Shown: positions 10,537 through 20,755, numbered from the stretch's first letter. The stretch is DNA of 64,000 nucleotides from Patescibacteria group bacterium (GCA_026415775.1 JAOAGL010000001.1:206233-270232), one strand, 5' to 3'. Notes: generated from the letters alone by a model not told the origin. Made by a program: numbers and translations.

Positions 10537-11793
10537 ATGTTTGATTTAAAAGATTTCTCTTTGGCTATTAATCAAATCGCTGAAGAAAAAGGTATTAGCA
10601 AGGATAAGATTTTAGAGGCAATTGAACAAGCCATTGCTGCCGCATATAAAAAGGAATATATGAATAAAAGCAATATCGTGCGAGCGAAAATTGACCCGGA
10701 AACTGGTGAGGTAAAATTTTGGCAGGTAAAAATTGTTGTTGAAAAAAGTATGCTAAAAGAAGAAGACGAAGAAGGGGATAAGGCGGAAAAAGACGAGGTT
10801 TCCCAATTAACGGCTGTAGAGCAACAAATTAAAAATGGTGATGTGGTGAAAAAAATAAAATTTAATCCGGAACGTCACATTCTTTTGGAAGAGGCACAAG
10901 AGATAAAACCGGAAGCGAAGCCCGGAGAGGAAATTATTTTCCCCTTGGAAGCCCATGAAGAATTTGGTCGTATTGCTGCACAAACGGCAAAACAAGTTAT
11001 TTTACAAAGGTTGCGTGAAGCAGAAAAACAAGCAGTTTTGGATGAGTTTAAAAACAAGGAAGGAGAATTGGTAAGCGGGATTATTCAAAGAGTGGAAAAT
11101 AGAAATGTTTATGTGAATTTAGGACGCGTTGATGGGGTGATGTTTTATAATGAGGCAATTCCTAATGAGCGATATCGAATCGGCGAAAGAATGAAATTTT
11201 ATTTGTTGGCAGTTCAAGAAAATACAAAGGGTCCCATGATTATTTTATCGCGTAGTCATCCAAAATTTATTTCGAAACTGTTTGAAATGGAAGTGCCGGA
11301 AATTGCTTCTGGTGTAGTGAAAATTATGGCTATTGCTCGCGAGGCCGGCTTCCGCAGTAAAGTGGCTGTTCATTCAACTGTGGCAGGTGTTGATCCGATC
11401 GGTTCCTGTGTAGGTCAAAAAGGAACAAGAATCATGGCTGTTTTAAATGAATTAGGACAAGAAAAAATCGATATTATTAAATGGTCGGAAGATGCTGAAG
11501 AATTTGTAGCTCAAGCTTTATCACCGGCTAAGGTTTCGCGGGTAGAAACACATCAAAGACGAGAAATGCGAGTTTTTGTACCTGAGGATCAGTTGTCTTT
11601 GGCTATTGGTAAAGGAGGGCAAAATGTGCGATTAGCCGCCAAATTAACAGGTTGGAAAATAGACGTACGAAGTGAAGCGGCGCCGGATCAAATTGTTGAG
11701 GATGGTGTAGCCGAAGCAATAGAGGAGGTTGTTGATAATGGAGATGTTGATGCGGAGCAAGTCGATAAAAAACAAGAGAAAGAAGATAAATAA
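10537..11793 (+). CDS. nusA: Transcription termination/antitermination factor NusA
   Basis: The N-terminus FDLKDFSLAINQIAEEKGISKDKILEAIEQAIAAAYKK, S1 and two KH domains (GSCVGQKGTRI, LAIGKGGQNVRLA) and an acidic tail are all present. Confidence 0.95.
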   Translation: MFDLKDFSLAINQIAEEKGISKDKILEAIEQAIAAAYKKEYMNKSNIVRAKIDPETGEVKFWQVKIVVEKSMLKEEDEEGDKAEKDEVSQLTAVEQQIKNGDVVKKIKFNPERHILLEEAQEIKPEAKPGEEIIFPLEAHEEFGRIAAQTAKQVILQRLREAEKQAVLDEFKNKEGELVSGIIQRVENRNVYVNLGRVDGVMFYNEAIPNERYRIGERMKFYLLAVQENTKGPMIILSRSHPKFISKLFEMEVPEIASGVVKIMAIAREAGFRSKVAVHSTVAGVDPIGSCVGQKGTRIMAVLNELGQEKIDIIKWSEDAEEFVAQALSPAKVSRVETHQRREMRVFVPEDQLSLAIGKGGQNVRLAAKLTGWKIDVRSEAAPDQIVEDGVAEAIEEVVDNGDVDAEQVDKKQEKEDK

Positions 11794-11795
11794 TC

Positions 11796-13085
11796 ATGAA
11801 TCACAAAATTTCTTATTTACCAAAATCACAGATTGAATTGGAAGTAGTTTTGTCGCCAGAAGAAATGGAGAATTTTTGGAAATTGGCAAAAGATAAGGTT
11901 CTAAAAGATGTTAATTTAAATGGTTTTCGGAAGGGGAATATTCCTGAGGAATTAATTAAAAATACTGATTTGGAGGAGAAAATTTTTGATGAAGCCGCTA
12001 ATTTAGCATTTCGAAAAAGTTTAGCCGACGTAGTGAACGAGTTAGATTTAGAATTAATTGGTCAGCCAGAAGTTAATATCAAAAAAATTGCTCCTCAAAA
12101 CGAATTTATTTATATTTTAAAAAGCGCTATTTTGCCGAAACCAAAATTAGGCGATTATAAAACAATCAGTCGAGATGTTTTTAAACAAAAAAAGGTTTTA
12201 GATGTTTCAGATAAAGAAATTGATGATGCTATTGATTGGTTGCAAAAATCTCGAGCTAAAGTTGTTGAAGTTAATCGGCCAGCCCACAAAGATGATGTTG
12301 TTGAAATAGAGGCCAAATGTTTTATTAATGGGGAGGCGATAAAAGATTTTCCAGAGAACGATCGTTTTATTTTGGGTCAAGGCAAATATCCAGCGGGCTT
12401 TGAAGAACAATTAGAGGGCTTGTCAAAAAATGATGAGAAAAAAATTTCAATTCAAACCCCAGCTGATTATTGGAAAGAAAATTTAAGAAATAAACAGTTA
12501 AATTTTGAAGTTAAAATAAAAAGTGTAAATGAAAGGCAATTACCAGAATTAAACGATGAATGGGCTAAAAGTCTAGGAAATTTCAATGGTTTAGATGAAT
12601 TAAAGAATTCCATTAAAGAAGGCATTTTAATGGAGAAAGATTTAAAAGAAAGAGAGCGATTAAGAATATTATTGCTGGAAAAATTAATTGAAAAAGCCGA
12701 GATTGAACTGCCAGATATTTTAGTTGATGGCGAAACAGAAAATCAATTTCATTCGCTAAGACATTTTATTGAGGATCAAGGAATGAGCTTTGAAGAATAT
12801 TTGCGAAAGATTAATAAAAAAGAAGAAGAATTAAAAAAAGAATTGAGAAAAGAGTCCGAGAAAACATTAAAAGGATTTATTGTTTTAAGAACAATTGCCA
12901 AACTAGAAAATTGTGAACCATCTCCAGAAGAGATAAATCAAGCTACTAATGAGATTTTAAACCAAAAAGCAATGGAGGGGGTGGATGTAAATCAAATTGA
13001 CAGGGCGGCGCTTATGGAATATACTAAAGAAAGATTAACCAATGAAAAAGTTTTTCAATTTTTAGAAAATCAAGTCAATAACTAA
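11796..13085 (+). CDS. tig: Trigger factor
   Basis: 429-aa ORF. The N-terminal ribosome-binding motif GFRKGNIP is present, and the gene sits in the classic tig-clpP arrangement. Confidence 0.93.
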   Translation: MNHKISYLPKSQIELEVVLSPEEMENFWKLAKDKVLKDVNLNGFRKGNIPEELIKNTDLEEKIFDEAANLAFRKSLADVVNELDLELIGQPEVNIKKIAPQNEFIYILKSAILPKPKLGDYKTISRDVFKQKKVLDVSDKEIDDAIDWLQKSRAKVVEVNRPAHKDDVVEIEAKCFINGEAIKDFPENDRFILGQGKYPAGFEEQLEGLSKNDEKKISIQTPADYWKENLRNKQLNFEVKIKSVNERQLPELNDEWAKSLGNFNGLDELKNSIKEGILMEKDLKERERLRILLLEKLIEKAEIELPDILVDGETENQFHSLRHFIEDQGMSFEEYLRKINKKEEELKKELRKESEKTLKGFIVLRTIAKLENCEPSPEEINQATNEILNQKAMEGVDVNQIDRAALMEYTKERLTNEKVFQFLENQVNN

Positions 13086-13098
13086 TAAAAAATAAACC

Positions 13099-13710
13099 AT
13101 GGAAGAAGAATATTTTAATTTAATACCAACCGTTATTGAAAAATCGCAATTTGGTGAACGCGCTTATGATATCTATTCGCGTTTATTGAAAGAGCGTATC
13201 ATTTTTTTAGGTGGACCAATTAATGATGCCGTAGCTAATAGTATCATTGCTCAGCTTTTATTTTTGGAACATGAAGATCCAAAAAAAGACATCCAGTTTT
13301 ATATTAATAGTCCCGGCGGAATTGTGACTTCAGCATTAGCTATTTATGATACAATGCAATATGTTAAGCCCGATGTTTCAACAATTTGTTTGGGACAGGC
13401 AGCTTCAGCGGCAGCAGTATTATTAGCGGCTGGGACGAAGGGTAAAAGATTTGCCTTGCCCAATGCTGAAATTTTATTGCATCAAGTCATGGGCGGAGCA
13501 GAGGGACAAGCGGTTGAAATAGAGATTACAGCTAAGCAGATTTTAAAGATTAAAAATAAAGTTAATGAAATTTTATCTAAACACACTGGGCAGCCATTGG
13601 AAAAAATAGAAAAAGATACGGACAGGGATTTTTATTTGAGCGCTCCTGATGCCAAAGAATATGGCTTAATTGATGGGATTGTCCAGAATACAAAAAAGAG
13701 ACCCAAGTAA
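13099..13710 (+). CDS. clpP: ATP-dependent Clp protease proteolytic subunit
   Basis: [19 protein letters not shown]...[14 protein letters not shown]...LLHQVMGG carries the Ser-His-Asp catalytic triad. Confidence 0.95.
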   Translation: MEEEYFNLIPTVIEKSQFGERAYDIYSRLLKERIIFLGGPINDAVANSIIAQLLFLEHEDPKKDIQFYINSPGGIVTSALAIYDTMQYVKPDVSTICLGQAASAAAVLLAAGTKGKRFALPNAEILLHQVMGGAEGQAVEIEITAKQILKIKNKVNEILSKHTGQPLEKIEKDTDRDFYLSAPDAKEYGLIDGIVQNTKKRPK

Positions 13711-13730
13711 AAATATGTAAATTAAATATC

Positions 13731-13756
13731 AAAAAGCAGCCATTCGGCTGCTTTTT
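13731..13756. terminator. Bidirectional intrinsic terminator between clpP and the convergent tRNA-Leu
   Basis: aaaaaGCAGCC-attc-GGCTGCttttt. Confidence 0.7.
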
Positions 13757-13770
13757 GATATTGTTATTAG

Positions 13771-13853
13771 TGCCCAGGGCGGGATTCGAACCCGCACGGC
13801 CAAAAGGCCCACGCCCCTCAAACGTGTGTGTATACCAATTCCACCACCTGGGC
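13771..13853 (-). tRNA. tRNA-Leu(GAG), type II with a long variable arm
   Basis: Minus strand GCCCAGG...CCTGGGC-A. The D-stem is 3 bp, the anticodon stem/loop is CACGT-TTGAGGG-GCGTG (anticodon GAG), the variable arm is GGCCTTTTGGCC and the T-loop is GGTTCGAATCC. Confidence 0.85.
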
Positions 13854-13940
13854 AGATAAATAACTTTAAAAATTATAAGAAATTTTCAAAAATTTTCAAC
13901 TCGCTTATTTAAAATTTTTATTTTATAATTTAATTGAATC

Positions 13941-15263
13941 ATGTCCGAAACAAATCAAAAGCAGGCATTGGCATGGATTGTTGGTGTAAGTATGGGTTAT
14001 GGCCACCAAAGAACAGCTTATGCTTTGAAAGAATTTTCGCCTGATAAAAAATTTATCAATGCCAATGATTATTCAGATATTCCCAAAAAAGATAGAAGTA
14101 TTTGGGAAGGTTCGCGCCGTTTTTACGAGTTTATTTCTAATTTTTATAACTTACCTTTAATTGGTAAAATCGGCTTTTCCATTTTCGATTATTTTCAAAG
14201 AATCCCCCAGTTTTATCCCAAAAGGAATATTTCAAAAGCTGATTTTGTTTTAAGGCATATTTATTATTTGATTAAGAATGGATGGGGAAAGCATTTAATA
14301 GAAAAATTGAATAATGAGAACAAAAAAATTGGCAAAAAGATTCCTTTGATTTCTACTTTTTTTACGCCAGCTTTTATGGCTGAAGAACATAATTATCAAG
14401 GAGAGATTTTTTGTGTTGTTTGCGATAGCGATATTTCGCGCACTTGGGCGCCATTGATTCCTTCGCAAAGTCGTATTAAATATTTTGCGCCGACGGAGCG
14501 AGTGGTAGAAAGATTAAAATTGTATGGCGTTAAGAATGATAATATTTTTTTGACGGGATATCCTTTGCCAATTGAAAATATCGGCCACAAAAATCCAGAT
14601 GTTTTAAAAGAAGATATGAAAAATAGAATTTTTAATTTGGATCCTCAGAAAAAATATATTTCAAAATACCAGCGTCTGATAGAAACTGAATTAGGATTGA
14701 TTCCTCAACGAAGCAATCATTTATTAAGTTTGATGTTTGCCATTGGTGGAGCTGGCGCACAAAAAGAAATAGCCATAGATATTGTTAAGGGACTTAAAGC
14801 TGAAATTCTAAATAATAAAATAAAAATTTTAATTTCTGTCGGCGTAAAACCAATTGTCAAAGATTTTATTGAGAAAAAAATCAGAAAGCTTCAATTGTAT
14901 CAGAATCAAAATATTGAAATAATTAGCGGTGTTAATTTATACGATTATTTTAATAATTTTAATCAAGCTTTAAGGAAAACGGATATTTTATGGACAAAAC
15001 CAAGCGAATTATCCTTTTATACCGCCCTCGGATTGCCAATTATTCTTGCTCCTACTATTGGATCGCAAGAAGATTTTAATCGTGATTGGCTTCTAAAATT
15101 AGGCTCAGCGCTTCCTCAGGAAAATGTGAAATATATTAATCAATGGTTTTTTGATTATTTGAATGAAGGATTTTTTGCTGAGGCGGCAATGCAAGGGTTT
15201 GTTGAGGGCAATAAAATGGGCGTTATTAATATTAAAAAAATTATTGAATTATGTTGTGGTTGA
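13941..15263 (+). CDS. GT-B fold glycosyltransferase, GT28-like (MurG / MGDG synthase / UgtP-like)
   Basis: N-terminal G-loop VGVSMGYGHQRTAYAL, central FAIGGAGAQKE and C-terminal LPIILAPTIGSQEDFN follow the MGDG-synthase/UgtP pattern. The stop codon is TGA. Confidence 0.6.
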   Translation: MSETNQKQALAWIVGVSMGYGHQRTAYALKEFSPDKKFINANDYSDIPKKDRSIWEGSRRFYEFISNFYNLPLIGKIGFSIFDYFQRIPQFYPKRNISKADFVLRHIYYLIKNGWGKHLIEKLNNENKKIGKKIPLISTFFTPAFMAEEHNYQGEIFCVVCDSDISRTWAPLIPSQSRIKYFAPTERVVERLKLYGVKNDNIFLTGYPLPIENIGHKNPDVLKEDMKNRIFNLDPQKKYISKYQRLIETELGLIPQRSNHLLSLMFAIGGAGAQKEIAIDIVKGLKAEILNNKIKILISVGVKPIVKDFIEKKIRKLQLYQNQNIEIISGVNLYDYFNNFNQALRKTDILWTKPSELSFYTALGLPIILAPTIGSQEDFNRDWLLKLGSALPQENVKYINQWFFDYLNEGFFAEAAMQGFVEGNKMGVINIKKIIELCCG

Positions 15264-16168
15264 TTATTACTCTTATTTCTTATTTTCTTTTGGCAGCTGT
15301 TTATTTGGTTGATAAACATCTTTTGACTGCTACCGTTTTAAAGCCGCGTGTATACACTTTTTATGTTGGTATTTTAGCAATGATTATTGCACTTGTTATA
15401 CCATTTATCCACTTTTATATTCCGCCAATAAATCAATTGCTATTAAGTTTGTTAACCGGCTTTATTTTTTCTTATTGCTTGCTTTGGTTTTATAAAGGTT
15501 TGAGTATTTTTGAGGCTTCGCGTATAATTCCTGCAATAGGTGCTCTTGAGCCGATCCTAACATTTATTTTGATTTTTGTTATTTCTTTTGGCAAAGAGAA
15601 GATGAGCTATATTGATTTAATCGCTTTTCTTTTATTAATAATCGGCACTATTCTAATTACCCAAGAAAGAAGAACAAAAATTAATTGGCTAAGTTTAAAA
15701 TACGCCTTTATTATTGCGTTTTTGTTTTCTATTTTTTTGGTTTTTTCAAAACAGGTATATCTCAATCAGCCATTTCTTAATGGTTTAATTTGGATAAAGA
15801 TAGGAGGCTTTTTGTTTTCAGTGATTTTGTTTGTTTTATATCCTGAGGTTCGCCAAAGTATTTCTTTTAAAATACAGAGCGAAAAAGTTTCTCCGCGAAC
15901 ACTTTTTATTTTTATTGGTAATCAAATTGTAGGTGGGGGAGCGGGATTTTTACAAAATTGGGCCATTGCTTTATCGCCAATAATTTATGTCCCGATGATT
16001 ACTGCCTTGCAGGGTGTGCAGTATGTTTTTCTCCTTCTTCTTATAGTCCTTCTGTCATTAAAGTTCCCTAAAATTCTCTATGAAGAAGTTAGCCGTCAGG
16101 TTCTTTTTCAAAAGATTATCGCTACAATTATAATTGGTATAGGTATTGCGATTTTGGCTTTTAAATAA
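15251..16168 (+). CDS. Polytopic integral membrane protein with ~9-10 TM helices, possibly an EamA/DMT-like or glycan-handling permease
   Basis: Strongly hydrophobic throughout. Its start overlaps the glycosyltransferase stop (ATGttgtggTTGA). Confidence 0.55.
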   Translation: MLWLIITLISYFLLAAVYLVDKHLLTATVLKPRVYTFYVGILAMIIALVIPFIHFYIPPINQLLLSLLTGFIFSYCLLWFYKGLSIFEASRIIPAIGALEPILTFILIFVISFGKEKMSYIDLIAFLLLIIGTILITQERRTKINWLSLKYAFIIAFLFSIFLVFSKQVYLNQPFLNGLIWIKIGGFLFSVILFVLYPEVRQSISFKIQSEKVSPRTLFIFIGNQIVGGGAGFLQNWAIALSPIIYVPMITALQGVQYVFLLLLIVLLSLKFPKILYEEVSRQVLFQKIIATIIIGIGIAILAFK

Positions 16169-17198
16169 AATGAAATCAATTTTTCTTTTTTTAATTATTG
16201 TAATTCTTGTTTTGGTAATTGTTTTAATTTGGAGCAAATTTTTTATTCCCGACACCATTGTTTCTAAAATAAAATGGGGCGTTAGTTTTTCTCAAAAACA
16301 AAGCGAGGCATTAGGATTAGATTGGCGAGAGAATTATTTAGCCATCCTTAATGATCTCAAAGTAAAATTTTTACGTATCTCGGTTCATTGGGATTTAATA
16401 GAACCCATTGAAAATCAATATGATTTTTCGGATTTAGATTGGCAAATAAATAAGGCTAGAGAGGCAGGGGCGCAGATAATTTTGGCTATCGGAATGAAAA
16501 CACCTCGTTGGCCAGAATGCCATTTACCTGATTGGGCGAATAATTTATCTCCAGAAAAACAACAAGAGAGAGTAAATAATTTAATCAGAGAAATTGTTTT
16601 ACGATATAAAGATGAAGAAACAATTGTGGCCTGGCAAATTGAAAATGAACCATTTTTTCCTTTTGGCGAATGCCCAAAAAGAAAAAAGGGTTTTTTGAAC
16701 GAGGAAATAAAAATTGTTAAATCATTGGATAATCGAAAAATAATAACAACCGATAGCGGCGAATGGTCTTTTTGGATTAAAACAGCTAAAAGAGGAGATG
16801 TTTTTGGTATTAGTTTATATCGCCGAGTTTGGTCAACAACTTTTTCTTTCTTGCATAAGATATTTCCATTTATTCCAGATGGATTTTATTTAACCTATCC
16901 TTTCCCGCCAGAATTTTATAGTATACGTGTTAAAATTTTAGAAAAACTTTTGAATAAAAAAGTAATTGTTGCTGAATTGCAGGCAGAACCGTGGAACCCA
17001 GTTGCCACATCAGTTTCTTTGCAAGAAGAGCAGAAGAAAACAATGGATTTAGAAAAATTTAAAGAAATGATAAATTTTGCTCAAAAAACAGGTTTGGATG
17101 AATTTTATTTGTGGGGGGCTGAATGGTGGTATTGGTTAAAAACAAAACAAAATAACCTCCTCTTTTGGGAGGAGGCTAAAAAACTTTTTATTAATTAA
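16146..17198 (+). CDS. Membrane-anchored clan GH-A (TIM-barrel) glycoside hydrolase. An alternative ATG at 16170 is possible
   Basis: N-terminal TM helix followed by ...FLRISVHWDLIEPIE...AWQIENEP.... The NEP motif is the acid/base glutamate signature of GH-A families such as GH5, GH42 and GH113. Confidence 0.55.
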   Translation: MRFWLLNKMKSIFLFLIIVILVLVIVLIWSKFFIPDTIVSKIKWGVSFSQKQSEALGLDWRENYLAILNDLKVKFLRISVHWDLIEPIENQYDFSDLDWQINKAREAGAQIILAIGMKTPRWPECHLPDWANNLSPEKQQERVNNLIREIVLRYKDEETIVAWQIENEPFFPFGECPKRKKGFLNEEIKIVKSLDNRKIITTDSGEWSFWIKTAKRGDVFGISLYRRVWSTTFSFLHKIFPFIPDGFYLTYPFPPEFYSIRVKILEKLLNKKVIVAELQAEPWNPVATSVSLQEEQKKTMDLEKFKEMINFAQKTGLDEFYLWGAEWWYWLKTKQNNLLFWEEAKKLFIN

Positions 17199-17205
17199 TT
17201 TTGGT

Positions 17206-17652
17206 TTATTTTTCAGGCTCTTTTATATCTTGTTCGGCTTTTTCATTGTTGTTTACGATAGCATTTTCGGTGGTTAGAGTTTCTTGTTCGGTCACGACGC
17301 TTTCAAAAACAGACAATTTTTTACGAATTTTAGTAGGCGAAAGATGACGCAAAAAATATAATTTTGCCCTTCTAACGCGTGGCGTTTTAATAATTTCAAT
17401 CTTTTCAATCATTGGTGAATGTAGAGGCCAAGTTTTTTCTACTCCGATACCATCAACAACTTTTCTCACAGTAAAGGTGGCGTTGATGCCCTTTCCGTGT
17501 TTTTTTGCTAACACAATTCCTTCGAAAATCTGAATTCTTTCTCTATCTTTTTCTTTTACTTTTTCATGGACGCGAACATGCATCCCAGCTTTAATTTCTG
17601 GAATATTTTTTAATTGATCTTTGGTTACTTCTTGGATTAACAAAGCATTCAT
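17206..17652 (-). CDS. rplS: 50S ribosomal protein L19 with a C-terminal acidic extension
   Basis: ERIQIFEGIVLAKKHGKGINATFTVRKVVDGIGVEKTWPLHSPMIEKIEI is L19. Confidence 0.93.
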   Translation of the reverse strand: MNALLIQEVTKDQLKNIPEIKAGMHVRVHEKVKEKDRERIQIFEGIVLAKKHGKGINATFTVRKVVDGIGVEKTWPLHSPMIEKIEIIKTPRVRRAKLYFLRHLSPTKIRKKLSVFESVVTEQETLTTENAIVNNNEKAEQDIKEPEK

Positions 17653-17696
17653 ATGAACTTTAGTATATAAAAATATAAATTAAAATCAAGAGAGAT

Positions 17697-18794
17697 TTAA
17701 ATTTTATAATAAATTATATCTCCATCCCGAACAACATAATCGCGGCCTTCAATTTTTAGCTTACCAGCTTCGCGACACTTTGCCCATGAACCTAATTCAA
17801 CAAAGTCTTTCCAATAGACAGTTTCGGCTTTAATGAATTTTTCTTGAAAATCTTTATGTATTAATCCTGCTGCTTCCCAAGCAGTTGACCCATTTCTTAA
17901 AGGCCAAGCACGCGTTTCTTCTGGGCCAGTGGTTGTGAAAAAGGTAATAAGATTTAGAATTTGATAACCGCGCCTTATCAAATCATCCAAATTATTTAAA
18001 TAGGGAATTCTTTTTAAACCCAATTCCTCGGCCTCTTGAGTTGTGAGATTGGCTAAATCCAACTCTTTGGCTAAATCAATTGCTAATATATCTTCGGTTT
18101 TTAATTGATTATTAGTTTGTTTTAATATTTCTTCTTGAATTTTTTGAATTTCATTTTCAGAAATAGATTCATCAACATTTAATACAAGTAGAAGCGGTTT
18201 AGCTGTTAAAAAGTTAAATTCTTTTATAAGTGCTAAATCGTTTTCGGTTAACGGATAAGAGGAAATCCATTTATTATCTTGCAAGTGTTTTTCTAATTTT
18301 TTGATTAATTCAAATTTTGCCATTGCTTCTTTGTCATGGCGTTTAATATCTCCTTCTAATTTGGTAAAAATTCTTCCTAGAGTTTCTAAATCTGCCAAAA
18401 CTAATTCTGTTGAAATTATTTCTAAATCTCTTAAAGGATTAACATCTCTTTCAACATGGGGAACGTTTTCAGCGGTAAATAATCGAATAATTTCAACGAT
18501 AGCGGTAACTTCACGAATGTGGGCAAGGAATTGGTTGCCCAAGCCCAATCCTTGGGCCGCTCCTTTGACTAATCCAGCAATATCCACAAATTTAACTGTT
18601 GCTGGAATAATTTTTTCCGATTTTTGAATAGCGGCAATTTTATCTAATCTTTCATCTTTTACCGGCGCAAGGCCGATATTGGGATCAATTGTTGTAAAAG
18701 GAAAATTAGCAATACCCACTTGTTTTTTGGTGATTGCTTGAAAGAGGGTTGATTTTCCAATATTGGGTAAGCCAACAATTCCTAGAGAAAGCAT
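17697..18794 (-). CDS. ychF: Ribosome-binding ATPase YchF (Obg-like)
   Basis: MLSLGIVGLPNIGKSTLFQAIT...FPFTTIDPNIG...FVDIAGLVKGA and the C-terminal TGS domain are present. The real ATG is at 18794; the track's ORF is N-extended. Confidence 0.9.
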   Translation of the reverse strand: MLSLGIVGLPNIGKSTLFQAITKKQVGIANFPFTTIDPNIGLAPVKDERLDKIAAIQKSEKIIPATVKFVDIAGLVKGAAQGLGLGNQFLAHIREVTAIVEIIRLFTAENVPHVERDVNPLRDLEIISTELVLADLETLGRIFTKLEGDIKRHDKEAMAKFELIKKLEKHLQDNKWISSYPLTENDLALIKEFNFLTAKPLLLVLNVDESISENEIQKIQEEILKQTNNQLKTEDILAIDLAKELDLANLTTQEAEELGLKRIPYLNNLDDLIRRGYQILNLITFFTTTGPEETRAWPLRNGSTAWEAAGLIHKDFQEKFIKAETVYWKDFVELGSWAKCREAGKLKIEGRDYVVRDGDIIYYKI

Positions 18795-18837
18795 ATTTTT
18801 TGCTTTTATCGCAATTTTATTATAAACTATAATTATC

Positions 18838-20157
18838 GTGGATACAATTAAAGAAAAAATTTTACTTACATATGATATTAGAGGAATTTTTCCTAAAGAC
18901 ATTAATGCTGATGTGGCTTGGCGTTTAGGATATTTTTTGCCCCGGTTTTTAAATTCAACTAAAAAAAAATTAAAAATTATTATTGGCCGAGATTCAAAAC
19001 CGAGCGGTTTAGTTCTTGTTAAAAATTTGTCTCAAGGTTTGATTCAAAATAATGTTGAGGTAGTTGATGCTGGTATTATTACAACGCCGATGCTTTATTA
19101 TCTGATTAAAAATAAAAAGTTTGATTTGGGAATTATTATTACTGGTTCACATTTAGGGAAGAATTATACTGGTTTTAAAATTTATAATTATAACCTAGAA
19201 GCTATTACTGGGGAATCAATAAAAAAGAATCTCAATTTTTTTAATCGGCCAATAACCATTGGTTTAAATAAGGGTAGAGTTATTAGAAAAAACTTTATTA
19301 CTGATTACGTAAATTTTCTTTTGCAAAAAACTAGCATCAAAAATATTATTTTCAAAATTCAAAATAAAAAAATTTTAGTCTGTTGTCCTAAAAGCACACA
19401 GTTAATTTTGGAGAAAATAAAGAAAGAGTTGCGTTTAAACATCCAATTTATTCACCGACCCATTAGCAAAAGATTAATTCAAAATAGAAAAAATGATTTA
19501 ATGGTTCAATTCGATAACGACGGCGACCGCATCTATCTTTTTGATAAAACGGGCGAGCTTATTTTGGGTGATATTGTCGGAATATTTTTATTAGAAACAG
19601 TTAAAAACCAAAAACCAAAAAAAATTATTTTGGATTGTCGCTCTTGCGAAGTATTGGCGGAGCGTGCTAAAAAATATGGTTTTCAAGTGTATTTTTCGCC
19701 AGCTGGTCACAGTTATTTTAAATACGCTATGCGTAAATATAATGCTATATTGGGCATTGAGAAGTCGGGTCATTATTATTGGAAGACATTTTTCTTTGCT
19801 GATTCAGGCCTTTTTTCTTTTTTAATGCTTCTAAAATTTTTTGCTCAGCAAAAAGAATCTTTGGAAAATTTAGTAAAGAAACATCACTCAAAAACTATTG
19901 TTTTGCCAGAGATTAATTTTCGTTTAAAAAAATCTGAACACAGGGAATTAATTTTTAAAACAATAGAGAAATATTTTGAAAAAAGGGGTAAAATTTCAAA
20001 AATTGATGGATTAACGGTTTGGGGTAAAGACTTTCATTTTAATTTGCGCTTTTCTCAGACCGAACCAATGATTTTGCGTTTGAATATAGAAGCTAGAGAT
20101 GAAAAAATTTTAAATGAGATTTTAGATTTAATAAAGAAAACAATTAAACAATCATGA
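18838..20157 (+). CDS. Phosphoglucomutase/phosphomannomutase-family protein with a divergent active-site loop
   Basis: LTYDIRGIF matches the GIRG motif. The loop reads ITGSHLGKNYTGFKI, where SHLG replaces the canonical (T/S)ASHNP. The start codon is GTG and the stop is TGA, which overlaps the rbfA ATG. Confidence 0.6.
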   Translation: MDTIKEKILLTYDIRGIFPKDINADVAWRLGYFLPRFLNSTKKKLKIIIGRDSKPSGLVLVKNLSQGLIQNNVEVVDAGIITTPMLYYLIKNKKFDLGIIITGSHLGKNYTGFKIYNYNLEAITGESIKKNLNFFNRPITIGLNKGRVIRKNFITDYVNFLLQKTSIKNIIFKIQNKKILVCCPKSTQLILEKIKKELRLNIQFIHRPISKRLIQNRKNDLMVQFDNDGDRIYLFDKTGELILGDIVGIFLLETVKNQKPKKIILDCRSCEVLAERAKKYGFQVYFSPAGHSYFKYAMRKYNAILGIEKSGHYYWKTFFFADSGLFSFLMLLKFFAQQKESLENLVKKHHSKTIVLPEINFRLKKSEHRELIFKTIEKYFEKRGKISKIDGLTVWGKDFHFNLRFSQTEPMILRLNIEARDEKILNEILDLIKKTIKQS

Positions 20158-20504
20158 GTTCTTATCGTTTGGCCCAAGTTAATAATTTAATCAAAGAGGT
20201 TTTTTCGGAGATTCTTAAAAAAGAGTTAAATTTAACGCCCGGATTTTTAGTTACAATTACTAAAGTTAATGTTTCAAAAGATTTGTCGCAGGCCCAAATT
20301 TTTATAAGTGTTTATCCGAGCGCCACAAAAGAGATAAAAAATTTTTTTGAAAAAAATATTTATCAGCTTCAACAGATGTTGAATAAAAAATTAAAAATGC
20401 ACCCCGTGCCCAAATTAATCATTCACTATGATTTATCAGAAGAAAAAGCGGCAGAAATAGAGGAAGTATTAAATAAAATTAAAAACGAAGAAAAGAATTC
20501 TTGA
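20154..20504 (+). CDS. rbfA: Ribosome-binding factor A
   Basis: RLAQVNNLIKEVFSEIL...VTITKVNVSKDLSQAQIF is the RbfA KH-like fold signature. Confidence 0.85.
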   Translation: MSSYRLAQVNNLIKEVFSEILKKELNLTPGFLVTITKVNVSKDLSQAQIFISVYPSATKEIKNFFEKNIYQLQQMLNKKLKMHPVPKLIIHYDLSEEKAAEIEEVLNKIKNEEKNS

Positions 20505-20550
20505 TTTTTTGAAAATTATTTTATATTTTTATAAAAGATGTTTTAAAGAG

Positions 20551-20622
20551 GGCCTGGTAGCCAAGTGGTAAGGCAACGGTCTGCAAAACCGTTACACGTG
20601 GGTTCGATTCCCACCCAGGCCT
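20551..20622 (+). tRNA. tRNA-Cys(GCA)
   Basis: GGCCTGG...CCAGGCC-T. Anticodon arm ACGGT-CTGCAAA-ACCGT. T-arm GTGGGTTCGATTCCCAC. Confidence 0.85.
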
Positions 20623-20640
20623 CTTAACAATTTGGAATGC

Positions 20641-20729
20641 GCCCGGGTGGCGGAATTGGCAGACGCGTTGGACTCAAAATCCAATGACCCTCACCGGTCG
20701 TGAGAGTTCGAGTCTCTCCCCGGGCACCA
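20641..20729 (+). tRNA. tRNA-Leu(CAA), type II, with the CCA end encoded
   Basis: GCCCGGG...CCCGGGC-A-CCA. Anticodon arm TTGGA-CTCAAAA-TCCAA. It has a long variable arm and T-arm GAGAGTTCGAGTCTCTC. Confidence 0.85.
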
Positions 20730-20755
20730 AAAATTTTTCTGTTATAATTTATTTA

